64,000 nt of DNA, from positions 608,001-672,000 of the forward strand of contig CAWCNS010000004.1 in the NCBI GenBank assembly GCA_963796965.1. Reading direction: 5' to 3'. The notes below the pieces were generated by a model. That model was not told the origin of the DNA, made no database searches, and worked only from the letters and a program-made list of their open reading frames with translations. The translations under genes were made by a program, and so were the position numbers. Every line of letters starts with the position of its first letter. The stretch's first letter is position 1. This document shows, one piece after another, positions 53,260 through 64,000 of the stretch. This stretch comes from Calditrichia bacterium (GTDB taxonomy: Bacteria; Calditrichota; Calditrichia; JAJRVZ01).

Positions 53260-54315
53260 ATGTCTCTTACAAAAGCGGTAAGTTTGATTGGTATATTCTT
53301 TATCTTATTGGTGGGTTGTCAACAAAAACAAGATCCACCCAAGGTCGAATTAGTACAAGACGCCGAAAAACAGACAGTAAATGTTTTAGTCAATGGAAAA
53401 TTATTTACCTCGTATTTCTATACCGATAAAATATCAAATCTGAAGAAACCAGTATTATTCCCCATAATAGCTGCCGATGGCGCGGTTATTACGCGCGGTT
53501 TTCCACTTGAACCAAGAGAAGGGGAAAGAGTTGATCATCCTCATCATGTTGGATGCTGGCTAAACTATGGTGATGTAAATGGAATAGATTTCTGGGGATT
53601 CTCTGATGCTACACCAAAAGAACAATTGGAGCGGATGGGAATAATACGACATAAGGGTATAAAGAAAGCAGAAAGCGGAGAGCAGGGGGTCCTCGAAGTA
53701 ACGATGGATTGGCTAAAATCTGATGGAAGTGTGCTCCTGCAAGAGGAGACAGAATTTGTCTTTCGTGCTAATAAAAATATCAGAATAATTGACAGAATCA
53801 CAAAATTGACTGCCGGCAAAGAAAAGGTTGTCTTTAATGATACCAAAGAGGGTATGTATGCTATCCGGGTAAATCGAGCCCTGGAACATCCCAGTGATAA
53901 TCCCGTCATCCTAAGTGATGCGCATGGTCAAAAAACGGATGTCCCCGTTTTGGACAATAAAGGCGTTACGGGAGAATATTTAAGCAGTGAGGGTGTTAAG
54001 GGATTAGATACGTGGGGAAAACGAGCCAAATGGGTGGCGCTATCGGGCATGATCAATGGTAAAAAAGAAACGGTTGTGATATTTGACCATTCAAGCAATG
54101 TCGGGCATCCTTCTTATTGGCATTCCCGCGGATACGGATTATTCTCAATAAATCCACTTGGTCAGGATACCTTTAGTAAGGGCAAAGAAAAAATGAATCT
54201 TACCCTTAAGCCGGGAGAATCTGTAACTTTTAATTATCGTATCCAGGTTATTTCTGGTGATACTAATGCAGATGAGATTGAAGAAGCCTATGGAAAATTT
54301 AATTCAAAACCATAA
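53260..54315 (+). CDS. DUF6807 / 'PmoA-family' lipoprotein
   Basis: Lipobox LVGC, TRGFPL, DHPHH, NYGDVNGIDFW, DTKEG, YWHSRGYGLF. Confidence 0.85.
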   Translation: MSLTKAVSLIGIFFILLVGCQQKQDPPKVELVQDAEKQTVNVLVNGKLFTSYFYTDKISNLKKPVLFPIIAADGAVITRGFPLEPREGERVDHPHHVGCWLNYGDVNGIDFWGFSDATPKEQLERMGIIRHKGIKKAESGEQGVLEVTMDWLKSDGSVLLQEETEFVFRANKNIRIIDRITKLTAGKEKVVFNDTKEGMYAIRVNRALEHPSDNPVILSDAHGQKTDVPVLDNKGVTGEYLSSEGVKGLDTWGKRAKWVALSGMINGKKETVVIFDHSSNVGHPSYWHSRGYGLFSINPLGQDTFSKGKEKMNLTLKPGESVTFNYRIQVISGDTNADEIEEAYGKFNSKP

Positions 54316-54473
54316 CGTGTTTTTTCTCGCAGCGGTGCAATGCCGCAAAAAAAGATAAAATATAATTATATAATAGATATTTTTAGTTTCTATTCTATTT
54401 TTGCACTTTCATATTAATCATGACGATTTGATGTGAGGTAATAACAAGATTAATTAAAGTTTAGGAGGTTGGG

Positions 54474-55545
54474 ATGTTATTAATAAAAAAACTAATTGTT
54501 TTGTTTATGTTTTTAATTTTGGTTTATGTGTCCTCTTGTGGCAGCCAGGAGAATTCAAGTCCGGCTGTAGATGTGGTGGACAATAAGGAGAAACAACAAG
54601 TTGAAGTTTTAGTGGATGGGAAATTATTTACTGCCTATTTGTATACGGATAAAATTGATGCTCTCAAAAAGACGACCCTGTATCCAATTGTCACAGCCAA
54701 AGGAAATGATATTACACGTGGATTTCCTCTAAAGAAGCGCGCTGGTGAGCGGGTGGATCATCCACACCATTTGGGAATGTGGTTAAATTATGGTGATGTC
54801 AATGGTTTGGATTACTGGAATAATTCTGATGCGATTCCTGAGGAAAGACAAGATAGGATGGGCGTAATACGGCATAAAGAGATCATGAAGGTTGAAAGTG
54901 GAAAGGGTAAAGGCAGTATTGAGGCTTCGATGAACTGGCTAAATCCGGATGGCTCAAATTTGCTTAAAGAAGAAACGAAATTTGTGTTTTATGCAGATAA
55001 AGATTTACGGGTGATTGACAGAATCTCAAAAATAAGTGCATTAGATAAAGCCTGTTTCATTTAAAGATAATAAAGAGGGAATGTTTGCTGTTAGGGTTAC
55101 ACGTGCTTTGGAACACCCATCAGATAAACCAATTGTACTCAGTGATGCCCATGGTCAAAAAACGGATGTCCCGGTATTAGATAACGATGGTGTTACGGGC
55201 AAATATTTAAGCAGTGAGGGAGTTGAGGGTATGGCCGTTTGGGCAACCCGGGCCAAATGGATGGCACTCAATGGTGAAGTAAATGGGGAGAAAGTTTCCG
55301 TTGTGATTATGGATCATCCTACAAATGTTGGATATCCTACTTATTGGCATGCACGTGGTTATGGTTTATTCTCTGCTAATCCTTTAGGGCAGGAAGTTTT
55401 TAGCAAAGGAAAAGAGATTCTTGATTTTGCATTAGAACCCGGTCAATCCACAACCTTCAAGTATCGTACGGTGATTTTTTCCGGCCAAACCACGCCAGAG
55501 AAGATTGAAAAAGCCTATGCTAATTTTCTTAAGCAGGTGAAGTAA
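54474..55545 (+). CDS. DUF6807 / 'PmoA-family' lipoprotein, tandem paralog; +1 frameshift near 55050
   Basis: Lipobox VSSC, DHPHH, YWHARGYGLF. Joins as LDK|PVSFKDNKEGM. Confidence 0.85.
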
Positions 55546-55595
55546 TTTTTATTTACTACGAAATATTTTTATAAGTTAAACGGTAATAAGTTTTT

Positions 55596-55633
55596 TAACG
55601 CAAAGACGCAGAGAAGTTGCAAAGATCGCAGAG
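55596..55633. repeat. Family A left end (CGCAAAG subtype)
   Basis: taacgcaaagacgcagagaagttgcaaagatcgcagag. A degenerate copy lies at 54325-54350. Confidence 0.7.
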
Positions 55634-55756
55634 AAAATAATATTAAATCACCTGATATCTCATTGTTTATGAGTATATATCTAAATCTTAGCCGAACAGT
55701 TATGATGTTAAATAATAAAGAAAAGGCTGCAATCCGAATCGAAAAATGGTAAAGAT

Positions 55757-57341
55757 ATGACTAATAATTTATTTGCTGGTTTAGATGTTTCTACCCAGAG
55801 TTGCAAACTGGTTGTTATTGACCTGGAAAAAAGCAAGACGCTTTTTATTACAACCATTAACTATGATATTGATTTGCCTACCTATGGCACAAAAAATGGT
55901 GCTATTCAGGGATTGGGAGAAGGCGTTTCTGAATCTGATCCGCGAATGTGGCTAGAGGCTGTTAATCTCGTTTTTGAGCGCTTGGTACAAACAGATATTG
56001 TAATACCTGCGATTAAATGTATCTCTGTTTCTGGGCAACAGCATGGGTTGGTGTCTTTGGACGCTGAAGGAAATCTTACCCGTGAACGAAGTAAGCTCTG
56101 GAACGATTTTGATACCCTGGAAGAATGTAATATAATGACCAAAGCCCTTGGTGGATTAGAAAATATGGTTGAGGAGGTAGGCAATTCTCAGCGTACAGGG
56201 TATACCGCAGCAAAAATTTTTCATATGTATCGCCACGATAGGGCAGCCTATAATAAAACTACTACGTTTTTTCTGGTGCATAATTATATCAACTGGTATT
56301 TGACCGGAGGTAGAAGTGGTGGCGTGCGTATTATGGAGCCGGGAGATGGGTCGGGTATTGCCCTCTGGAATCCAAAATATGGTGAATGGTCGGAAAAAGT
56401 TATAAATGCCATCGATCCCGGATTAAGAGATAAATTACCTTCTATTGCGTCCTCTGATAAATGCATCGGCAATATCTCAAAAGAGCTTGTAGAAAAATAT
56501 GGTTTTTCCGATTCCTGCAAAATAGATGCCGGCTCCGGTGATAATATGTATGGGGCCATTGGGACAGGAAATATTAAGCCGGGTGTTGTTACGATTAGTC
56601 TTGGTACCAGTGGTACAGCTTACACGGTAATGAATGAACCTTATATTGATCCGACAGGTGAGATCTCAGCCTTTTGTGATAGCACGGGTAATTATTTGCC
56701 TCTACTTTGTGTGTCCAATCTGGCGAACGGATATGATGAAGTGTTAAATATGTATGATATATCTCATGATGAATTTGTAAAGAGGATTGAGAATACGCAA
56801 CCTGGGAATGGTGGAAGAATACTTATCCCCTGGTTTATTGGGGAGCGCACACCCGATCTTCCTCTGGCGACACCCGTTTATTTTGGATTTCAATTGACAG
56901 ATTTTAATCCGGATATTATTTGCAGGGCTGTGCTGGAAGGTCATATCCTCAGTTTTTATGATGGTTTTGAACGGATGGGATTTAATCCTTCCGAAATTCG
57001 ATTAACGGGTGGGTTGTCTCAGTCTAAAGCCTGGCGACAATGTATTGCTGATATTTTTGAAACAGAAGTAGTACCAATTGAGGGGGAAGGTGCCGCGATG
57101 GGCGCTGCCCTACATGCTGCCTGGGTATGGATAATGGAAACGCAGGGAGAAGACAAACTTGAAGAAATAGTGTCTGAGCTTTGTGAAAACGGATGAGAAG
57201 AGAAGAGCAAAACCGAATCCTGCAGCAATTGAAATTTATCGAAAGCAAAAAGAACTCTATCGGGAGCTAAGTGAACCATTTAAGAAAAAAAAATCGGGAA
57301 ATTCGCTTGAGTTACGGACGGAATTGTTAAATTTATATTAG
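55757..57341 (+). CDS. xylB: Xylulokinase (FGGY family); +1 frameshift near 57179
   Basis: GLDVSTQSCK, SVSGQQHG, GDNM, ISLGTSGT, GERTP, LTGGLSQS. The corrected frame continues FVKTDEK..LLNLY*. Confidence 0.82.
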
Positions 57342-57528
57342 TTTTGATGAAGTTTTAAAAAATAAATATCATGTTACCTTGAACTTATTAAGTAGTTCTA
57401 ATGGCGTATTTTATGCCAATTTATTTAGTTTTAATCAGCAGTAAGAAATATACCATTATACCTTCGGGAACAAATTAAATGCATTGAGTCATAGACGGAA
57501 TGATTAATCTGGCATGAAAATGAAACTA

Positions 57529-58933
57529 TCATCTTATTCGCTCGTTGGTATGCTCGCTCAATTTATCGATCATTATTCGGGCATTTTGATTGTGTGGGTT
57601 TAAAAACAATGATTTATGATAGGCTTTAATTCCCAATTCCCAATTCCCAATTTTATAATAAATCTCCCCCAAACTATCCCAGGCATTTGCCGATTGCGGA
57701 AATTGCTCTGTGTTAAATTTAAAAATAGCTAATGCAAGTTTTAATTTTTTATCGGATATATATTGATAACCCAGCGCATTGATACTCCACTCACTTATTG
57801 TCCTCTTATCAATTTGATCAGAAAGAGATTGCTCAACAAGCGTTTCGGCAGAATTAATATTCCCATCAGCAAGTAGAATGCCTGCATTATTGAGATGGTC
57901 TCGCAAATTCATATATGCTGTAACCAGTTGATCATCCTTCTTCTCGCGGTAGATTCGGCTGGCCTGCATCGCTTTTTCATGAGCGAAACTAAAAGCGTTG
58001 GAAGAATTGACAAAAATGTCTGGCTCTACACCGATACCCTCCCAATTTGTATTTGTAACCGGATTGATTGATCGGCCGGTTGGTATAAATATATTGAACT
58101 GGTCATTTACAGAGAAGGTGTAACCGGGATTTGCTCCCCCAGCTGTTTTTGATCCTATCAGCGTTGCCCGTTTTTGGACCTTCAGATTATAGGCAAACTC
58201 TTCTGCCGCAGAGAAAGTCTTTGAACCAGTCAGAATAAAAAGTGGAAGATCGGGTTGTTTTTTAATACCAATATCCTTAATGGTCCGGAAATGTTCTGTA
58301 TAATCCCCCCGACGCCAGTATATGTCGTTGAGGTGGACATTTTTGTCAAAAAACCAACTACACAAGAATTGAACCGTGTTAGGATTTCCACCATTATTAT
58401 TTCTCAGATCGATAATAAGAGCATCAACATCCTCTAAAACCTTCAATGTATTAATTAATTTATCACGAGCCAAATCTAGTGGCTCAAAACTATGGAGATC
58501 AAGATAACCGACATTGCCGGCAAGGATTTTTAATTGCCGAATACCCATATTTTCTTTGAAACGTTCTTGGGTACGCAGTAGAAAAAATAGTTTAGGGTTT
58601 TGAAGTTCAAAATCCCGGCCTTCAGGAGAAATAAATTGCACCCGAACATGGCGATCCTTATGAATTTGCATCAGATCTTTATTTCAGCTGTTTTACCAAC
58701 TCCTTAGGATGCGTTATTTTCTCGTAACCATTTTCATTCACTTTTCCAATCAGAAATTTATTGCAGGATATTGCCGTTTTCTCCTCCACATAATTAGTGA
58801 CAAGTAATTTGCCAATCTTTGTAATGACCTGATTGCGGATTTGGTCATTTAAAATCTTGGATGATGATTGTGCAAAACAGGTTTGAAGAGGAAATAACAA
58901 TCCCATTAAGAAAAAAAAATAAATATGCTTCAT
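57529..58933 (-). CDS. S41 family peptidase with C-terminal TPR; +1 frameshift near 58684
   Basis: Signal peptide MKHIYFFFLMG, LIIDLRNNNGG, TFSAAEEF, GGANPG, NWEGIGVEPD, TPR NAWDSLGE. Confidence 0.88.
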
Positions 58934-59157
58934 CTTTGTTCTCTTTAAAGTTTGTGAAAATAATTCTTTCGATATGCAAATATAGAAGCAGAATGAATTC
59001 AAAAAAAGTGAATACTTTACAGGAAATAAATTCAATAGTATCACCGTTTTAAAAAATCTGAATCAATATCTTACCATTTATATACTATATATTATTACCA
59101 GAAATATAAGTTGGGTTTGATTGTACTACAAAAATTTGTGTTTTTGAAAGGATCAAA

Positions 59158-62100
59158 ATGATTAGGACATTTACATTTTGGAGCAAGCTTTCTGCATTAT
59201 TATTGCTATTACTAATTGTGGGCAACTTATCCGCTCAGGAGGATGTATTTTTTGACCACCTGGATGTTCCGCAAGGACTTTCCAGTAGTAATGTTCGTTC
59301 CATTTGCCAGGATCAGTATGGGTACTTATGGATTGGTACGGATGATGGGTTAAACCGCTATGATGGCTATAAATTCGATGTCTTTAAAAATGATCCTTCC
59401 GATTCCACTAGCCTGGCAGACAGCCGGGTCGAAAGGGTTGTGCTCGACAGCGATGGGGATATCTGGGTCAGTACTCAAGGAGGACTAAGTAAATGGAATT
59501 GGGATAAAGAGAATTTCGATAACGTCGTTATCGATTTTTCAACCTCACCGGTGTCTAATGATGAATGGTTCTGGGCCATTCATGAGGATCGTAAAGGAAA
59601 CATATGGATTGGCACAAGGTTTGGTGGTCTTATGTCCTATAGTAAGGAAACCGGTAAAGTAACCCCGGCAAAAAGCTATACGAAGATGGTGTTGCAAGAA
59701 TTTTTGGTGGCCCCGTAGCAGCTGTTCTTGAGACTGCTTCAGGTGAAATTTATTCTGCGGATTTGCCGGAGGGACTTATCAGATATAATGAAAAACAAAG
59801 CTATTTTGAACCGCTAATTCTGAAAGGGATGACTAAGAATCAATTCGTCGACATTGGTGTCTTTATGTATCATGAAGATAGAGCGGGTAGTTTGTGGCTG
59901 GCAACACAATCTGGAATTTTCAACATCGATTCGGAAAGGGAGAGAATCAGGGAAGTTCGACTCCCCAAAACGCCTATCAGAAATTTTGTAGTTTATAATA
60001 TTTTGGAAGATGATGAAGGAAATTTGTGGTTTGGCAGTAATGAAGGCTTGATTAGATATAATTTAAAGACAGGACACTCCAGAGTGTTCAAAAGTTCAGG
60101 CACAGATAACCATTCTCTGAGTTCAAATACTGTCTGGTGCTCTTATAAAGACGATTTTGGTGTGCTCTGGTTTGGAACTTTGGGAGGGGGGCTCAGCAAG
60201 TATGATCCTAAAAAGATTGCTTTTAAATCTTACAGCAGCCTAAAAGGTGATACCCAGACATCGAATCATGGTGTCTATTCTATTACAAAAAGTCAGGGAA
60301 ATGCCCCCCTATACTGGTTAAGCACCGATGATGGTGTTTACAGTTTTGATCGTGAAAACAGTACTTACACTAAACTGAATCGAACCGAACTTAATGATGT
60401 CGGATTGATCCGATCAATAATTGCCGATGATAAAGAATCCTTATGGATAGGCACACAAAGAGAGGGCCTGTATCGTTACAATACCAGAAGAAAGCAATTA
60501 GTTAATATTCCTTCCGATCCGCAACATCTTAGTGGTTTAAATTCTCCGAGCATTTTTAGTCTTGAATTGGATGATTATGGTACTCTTTGGGTAGGAACCT
60601 GGGAAGGACTTAATCGCCTTAATCCACAAACGGGCAGTATTTCACGCATTCCTGGTATGGAAGCCCGGAACTACAGTGAGGATCTCCTAACACACATTGA
60701 TTCACTTTTTCATAAGCATATACCTATTTCTTCAATTAAAGAAGTGGGGGATTATGCGGATCTTTCTCAAGAATTTGAAATATCTGAGTCTGGTAGGTAT
60801 CTGATCATCTCAGTTGGGGAGGGGTTACAGAATTGGAATATGGTTGATTTTGGCTGGTTGGAGAGTGATAAGGGGGATACACTTTGGGCGATGAATAAGC
60901 TTTCTCACACATTTCATCTAAGTGGGGCTACTAAGAATAGGATTGAAGTGGCGGTAATGCCGTTGCAGGTGGGGAATTACAGGTTGAGATATAAATCAGA
61001 TGATAGTCATACCTATGCAAATTGGAATGAAATTCCACCGGCCGATTCTCTATGGTGGGGGATAAATATTTTTAAAGTTACAGAAAATAAAGCAAATCTA
61101 TTAAATGGACTTGTTGCGGTTGACCTTGCAGAACCATATATAGAAGGGCGAAATATCCGAGCATTGGAATACAGTTCAAAAGGATATTTATGGATTGGGA
61201 CTGAAAATGGCCTTAGCCGTTACGAGATAAAAAGCCGGGAAGTGACCAATTTCAAGCATGAAATAGGGAAACAAAATTCACTAAGCTCAAACGAGATTAA
61301 TTATTTATTAGAAGACAAAGAGGGTATTTTATGGATTGCAACAGCCCGGGGTTTAAATCGCTTTGATCCTGTAGAAGGGGAATTTACTACCTATACTGAA
61401 AGAGATGGGCTTCCCTCTGATCAGCTTCGTGCATTAGCCGAAGATGATGCAGGTAATTTATGGATCAGTAGCGTTAATGGATTAACTAAATTCGAGAAAA
61501 GCAGGCATTCTGATCATCCGGTTTTTGTTAATTATGATGTCCAGGATGGTCTGCAGGGGTATCAATTTTATGGCCGATCGGTTTTTAAAGATTCTGATGG
61601 AGAAATGCTTTTTGGTGGCAGAAATGGATTTAATGCATTTTCCCCAGGTATAACAAATATCCTGGCCCCACGGGCTGCACTGTCTCAGATATTTATTTCA
61701 AATCAAAAAGCGCTCCCCGGAGCAGAAGATTCTCCGCTGGAAAGATCAATATTTGATACAAAATCAATCATCTTGGCCCATGACCAAAACGATCTGTCTT
61801 TTGAATTTGCCCCGCTTCATTTCTCCCGGCCTGATAAGAACCAGGTGGCTTATAAACTTGATGGCTTTAATGATCAATGGATCAACAATGGTCGACGTTT
61901 TACATCTTATACCAATCTGGATCCGGGTGAGTATTCATTTAGAATCCGCGCAGTAAGCAGTGATGGAATTTCCGGGATTGCAGAAAAAACCTTGAAGATC
62001 ACCATAAATAAACCCTGGTGGAATACCACTTGGGCTTATATCTCTTATGGATTAATTCTTATTCTTTTTGTATTTACCATAGATCGTGTTCAGCGCTTCC

Positions 62101-62900
62101 GTTTAACACAGCGTGAGCGAAATCGGGCAATGATCCGTGAAGCTGAATTGCGTGCTCAGGTAGCTGAATCTGAAAACGAACGAAAATCTTTAGAATTAGA
62201 AGAAGCCAGACACCTGCAACTTTCATTGCTACCTGAAAAACTTCCGGACCTCCCCAACCTGCAGATTGCCGTCTATATGAAAACGGCTACAGAAGTTGGT
62301 GGTGATTATTATGATTATAATATTGCAGCGGATGGGACATTGAATATCGTCTTTGGTGATGCCACCGGGCACGGTATGCGTGCCGGGACAGTCGTTACAC
62401 TTATGAAAGGTTTATTCAGTGCCGATTCGGGAAATATTAAAATTGATACATTCCTCGATCAGAGCAGTGCTACTATAAAAGAGCTGCGGTTTAATCGGGC
62501 ATTAATGGCATTGACGCTTCTGAAAATTAAAAATAAACAGATTTCCTTTTCTTCTGCCGGAATGCCTCCCGCCTATCTGTACCGCCAAAGTAATAAAAGA
62601 ATAAAAGAAATTTGTCTGGAAAGTGTACCCCTTGGTGCCATGAAGGATTACCGGTATCAGGTTAGAGAGGAAGTCTTTGAAAGGGGAGATACTCTTTTAT
62701 TGCTCTCCGATGGCCTGCCCGAGTTAAAGGATCCCAACGGTCTTATTTTTGACTATCCCCGGGTTGAACAGGCCTTTCGTGAAGTCGCTATGGATGAACC
62801 TCAGAACATCGTTGATCATCTTGTATCAACAGGTGAAAACTGGCGTCAGGATATTCAATTAGAAGATGATATTACGTTTATGGTCATTAAGGCGTGTTAA
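59158..62900 (+). CDS. Membrane sensor: periplasmic beta-propeller + Y_Y_Y domain + cytoplasmic SpoIIE/PP2C phosphatase; -1 frameshift near 59673
   Basis: Repeated D..G.LWIGT..GL blades, YKLDG..W..SYTNLDPGEY, KPWWNT transmembrane segment, EVGGDYYD, GDATGHG, LLLSDG, DDITF. Confidence 0.9.
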
Positions 62901-62902
62901 TA

Positions 62903-63033
62903 ACGTAGAGAGTTGATAGTATAGCGTGAAGTGAAGAGCAAAGAGGGAAGACTGAGGAGATAATACTGTTTAGTCTATTTACCAAACACAATTATATAAT
63001 AAAAAACTCTGCGTCTTTGCGTCTATGCCAGAG
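62903..63033. repeat. Family C degenerate 7-mer tract and family A right end between convergent genes
   Basis: agagttg atagtat agcgtga agtgaag agcaaag agggaag actgagg, then ctctgcgtctttgcgtctatgccagag at 63007-63033. Confidence 0.6.
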
Positions 63034-63048
63034 AATAAAATTCAACTT

Positions 63049-64000
63049 TCATAGATTAAATAAATACGTCATTTTGAGCAAAACGGTGCGATTTTCAGTC
63101 CTGGATGAGGCTCCGCTTAAATCAATCTCCTCATTGTATACAAAATAAATATCACTGCCTGGGCGATGTATAAAATTGAGCAGAAAATTGCTAATCACTT
63201 TTTGCGTGCCACTGTTCCATTGTATATATGGTTTGATAAACAGGTAAGGTGTAAATGAATATACGATACGTGCGCTAATTAATGTGGTATTAAAATTGCC
63301 ACTCGCCAACTTGGCATCGTTATAATCTGCCATCAAATCAAGTGTCAAATGCCCACCTGCTTTCAAATAACCCTTAAATACAAAACTTCGAAGAGATCCA
63401 TTAAAAAAATTACCATCCCCATAGAGAAGACTTCCAGCTAATGGTTTACTTCTGTCGGTTTGATACTCAAATAGAAAATAATTAAACCGATATATATCTT
63501 CAGGTATGATTATGTTATCATGAATCTCAAATTCTTCAGTCAATTTTTCGTAATTCTGAATATAGGCACCAAATAAATAGGAACCATTATCGAACAAAGA
63601 GAAAAATCCAGATAGATTCATACGAGACTCTAGCATATTATTCTGGTCTGCAATATAGTTGAAATTATTAAATATAAATAGTTGCCGGATATTAAGTATA
63701 TCTGGACGGGGAGAGATCCCTGTGTTTAACTGGGATGTTCTAATGCCGATTCGTGGAAAAAACCCCATCTCTGCATTAAAATTATCTTGAATGCTGTTCT
63801 GTGAGGCGAAAAGAGTAAATAAATCATCCTGATGATAAAAATCAAGATAAGCAGCATAGTTTTTATCAGTTACTAATGGTTCGTGGGAACTTGCTATAAA
63901 ACCGCCAATCTGTGTATTCTTTGTTAAATAAAAATTCGCATCAACGCCAAAATTACGTGAATATCGAATATCATCCACGGACTGTTTGTTCAAACCGATT
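63049..64000 (-). CDS. DUF5916-like outer-membrane beta-barrel protein (5' partial)
   Basis: Frame open to the window end. Amphipathic beta-strands, FNAEMGFFPR, RPGSDIYFVYN, terminal LLKMTYLFNL. Confidence 0.7.
   Translation of the reverse strand, partial: IGLNKQSVDDIRYSRNFGVDANFYLTKNTQIGGFIASSHEPLVTDKNYAAYLDFYHQDDLFTLFASQNSIQDNFNAEMGFFPRIGIRTSQLNTGISPRPDILNIRQLFIFNNFNYIADQNNMLESRMNLSGFFSLFDNGSYLFGAYIQNYEKLTEEFEIHDNIIIPEDIYRFNYFLFEYQTDRSKPLAGSLLYGDGNFFNGSLRSFVFKGYLKAGGHLTLDLMADYNDAKLASGNFNTTLISARIVYSFTPYLFIKPYIQWNSGTQKVISNFLLNFIHRPGSDIYFVYNEEIDLSGASSRTENRTVLLKMTYLFNL

Noticed and set aside
53260..55545. 'PmoA' label as methane monooxygenase
   Set aside because: These are soluble lipoproteins without the multiple transmembrane helices of true PmoA, and pmoB/pmoC are absent.
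1449..63033. Intergenic repeats as a CRISPR array
   Set aside because: Units are dispersed, inverted or directly tandem, with no regular unique 30-40 nt spacers, and no cas genes are present.

Overview
AT-rich bacterial window with no rRNA, tRNA, CRISPR array or autonomous mobile element that I can see. Strong GGAG Shine-Dalgarno use, Tat and lipoprotein signals, an outer-membrane DUF5916-like gene and no SusC/SusD pair suggest a diderm FCB-type glycan degrader such as KSB1 or Calditrichota (inference). Most of the window is a co-oriented glycan-scavenging region. It holds GH92, GH106-like, GH78 and GH20 hydrolases that all end in the same FN3-associated+PA14 tail, a GxGYxYP protein, two paralog pairs of unclassified putative glycosidases, two Tat-exported Gfo/Idh/MocA oxidoreductases, MDR/SDR/MBL enzymes, esterases, two GDPDs, alkaline phosphatase, DUF1080, two DUF6807/PmoA-like proteins and xylulokinase. 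An unrelated block (18.6-26.1 kb) interrupts it: mscL, DUF4332, kbp-like BON-LysM, DUF937, htpX, a HerA/FtsK-type ATPase, dodecin and PPK2. This block is my best candidate for an undescribed protein system. Many intergenic gaps outside the block carry short palindromic or tandem repeats of about five families, and several have 20-30 bp mini-hairpins nested inside them. At least 19 apparent single-base frameshifts, mostly +1, split otherwise intact genes and are most likely sequencing errors; I report those genes as joined.
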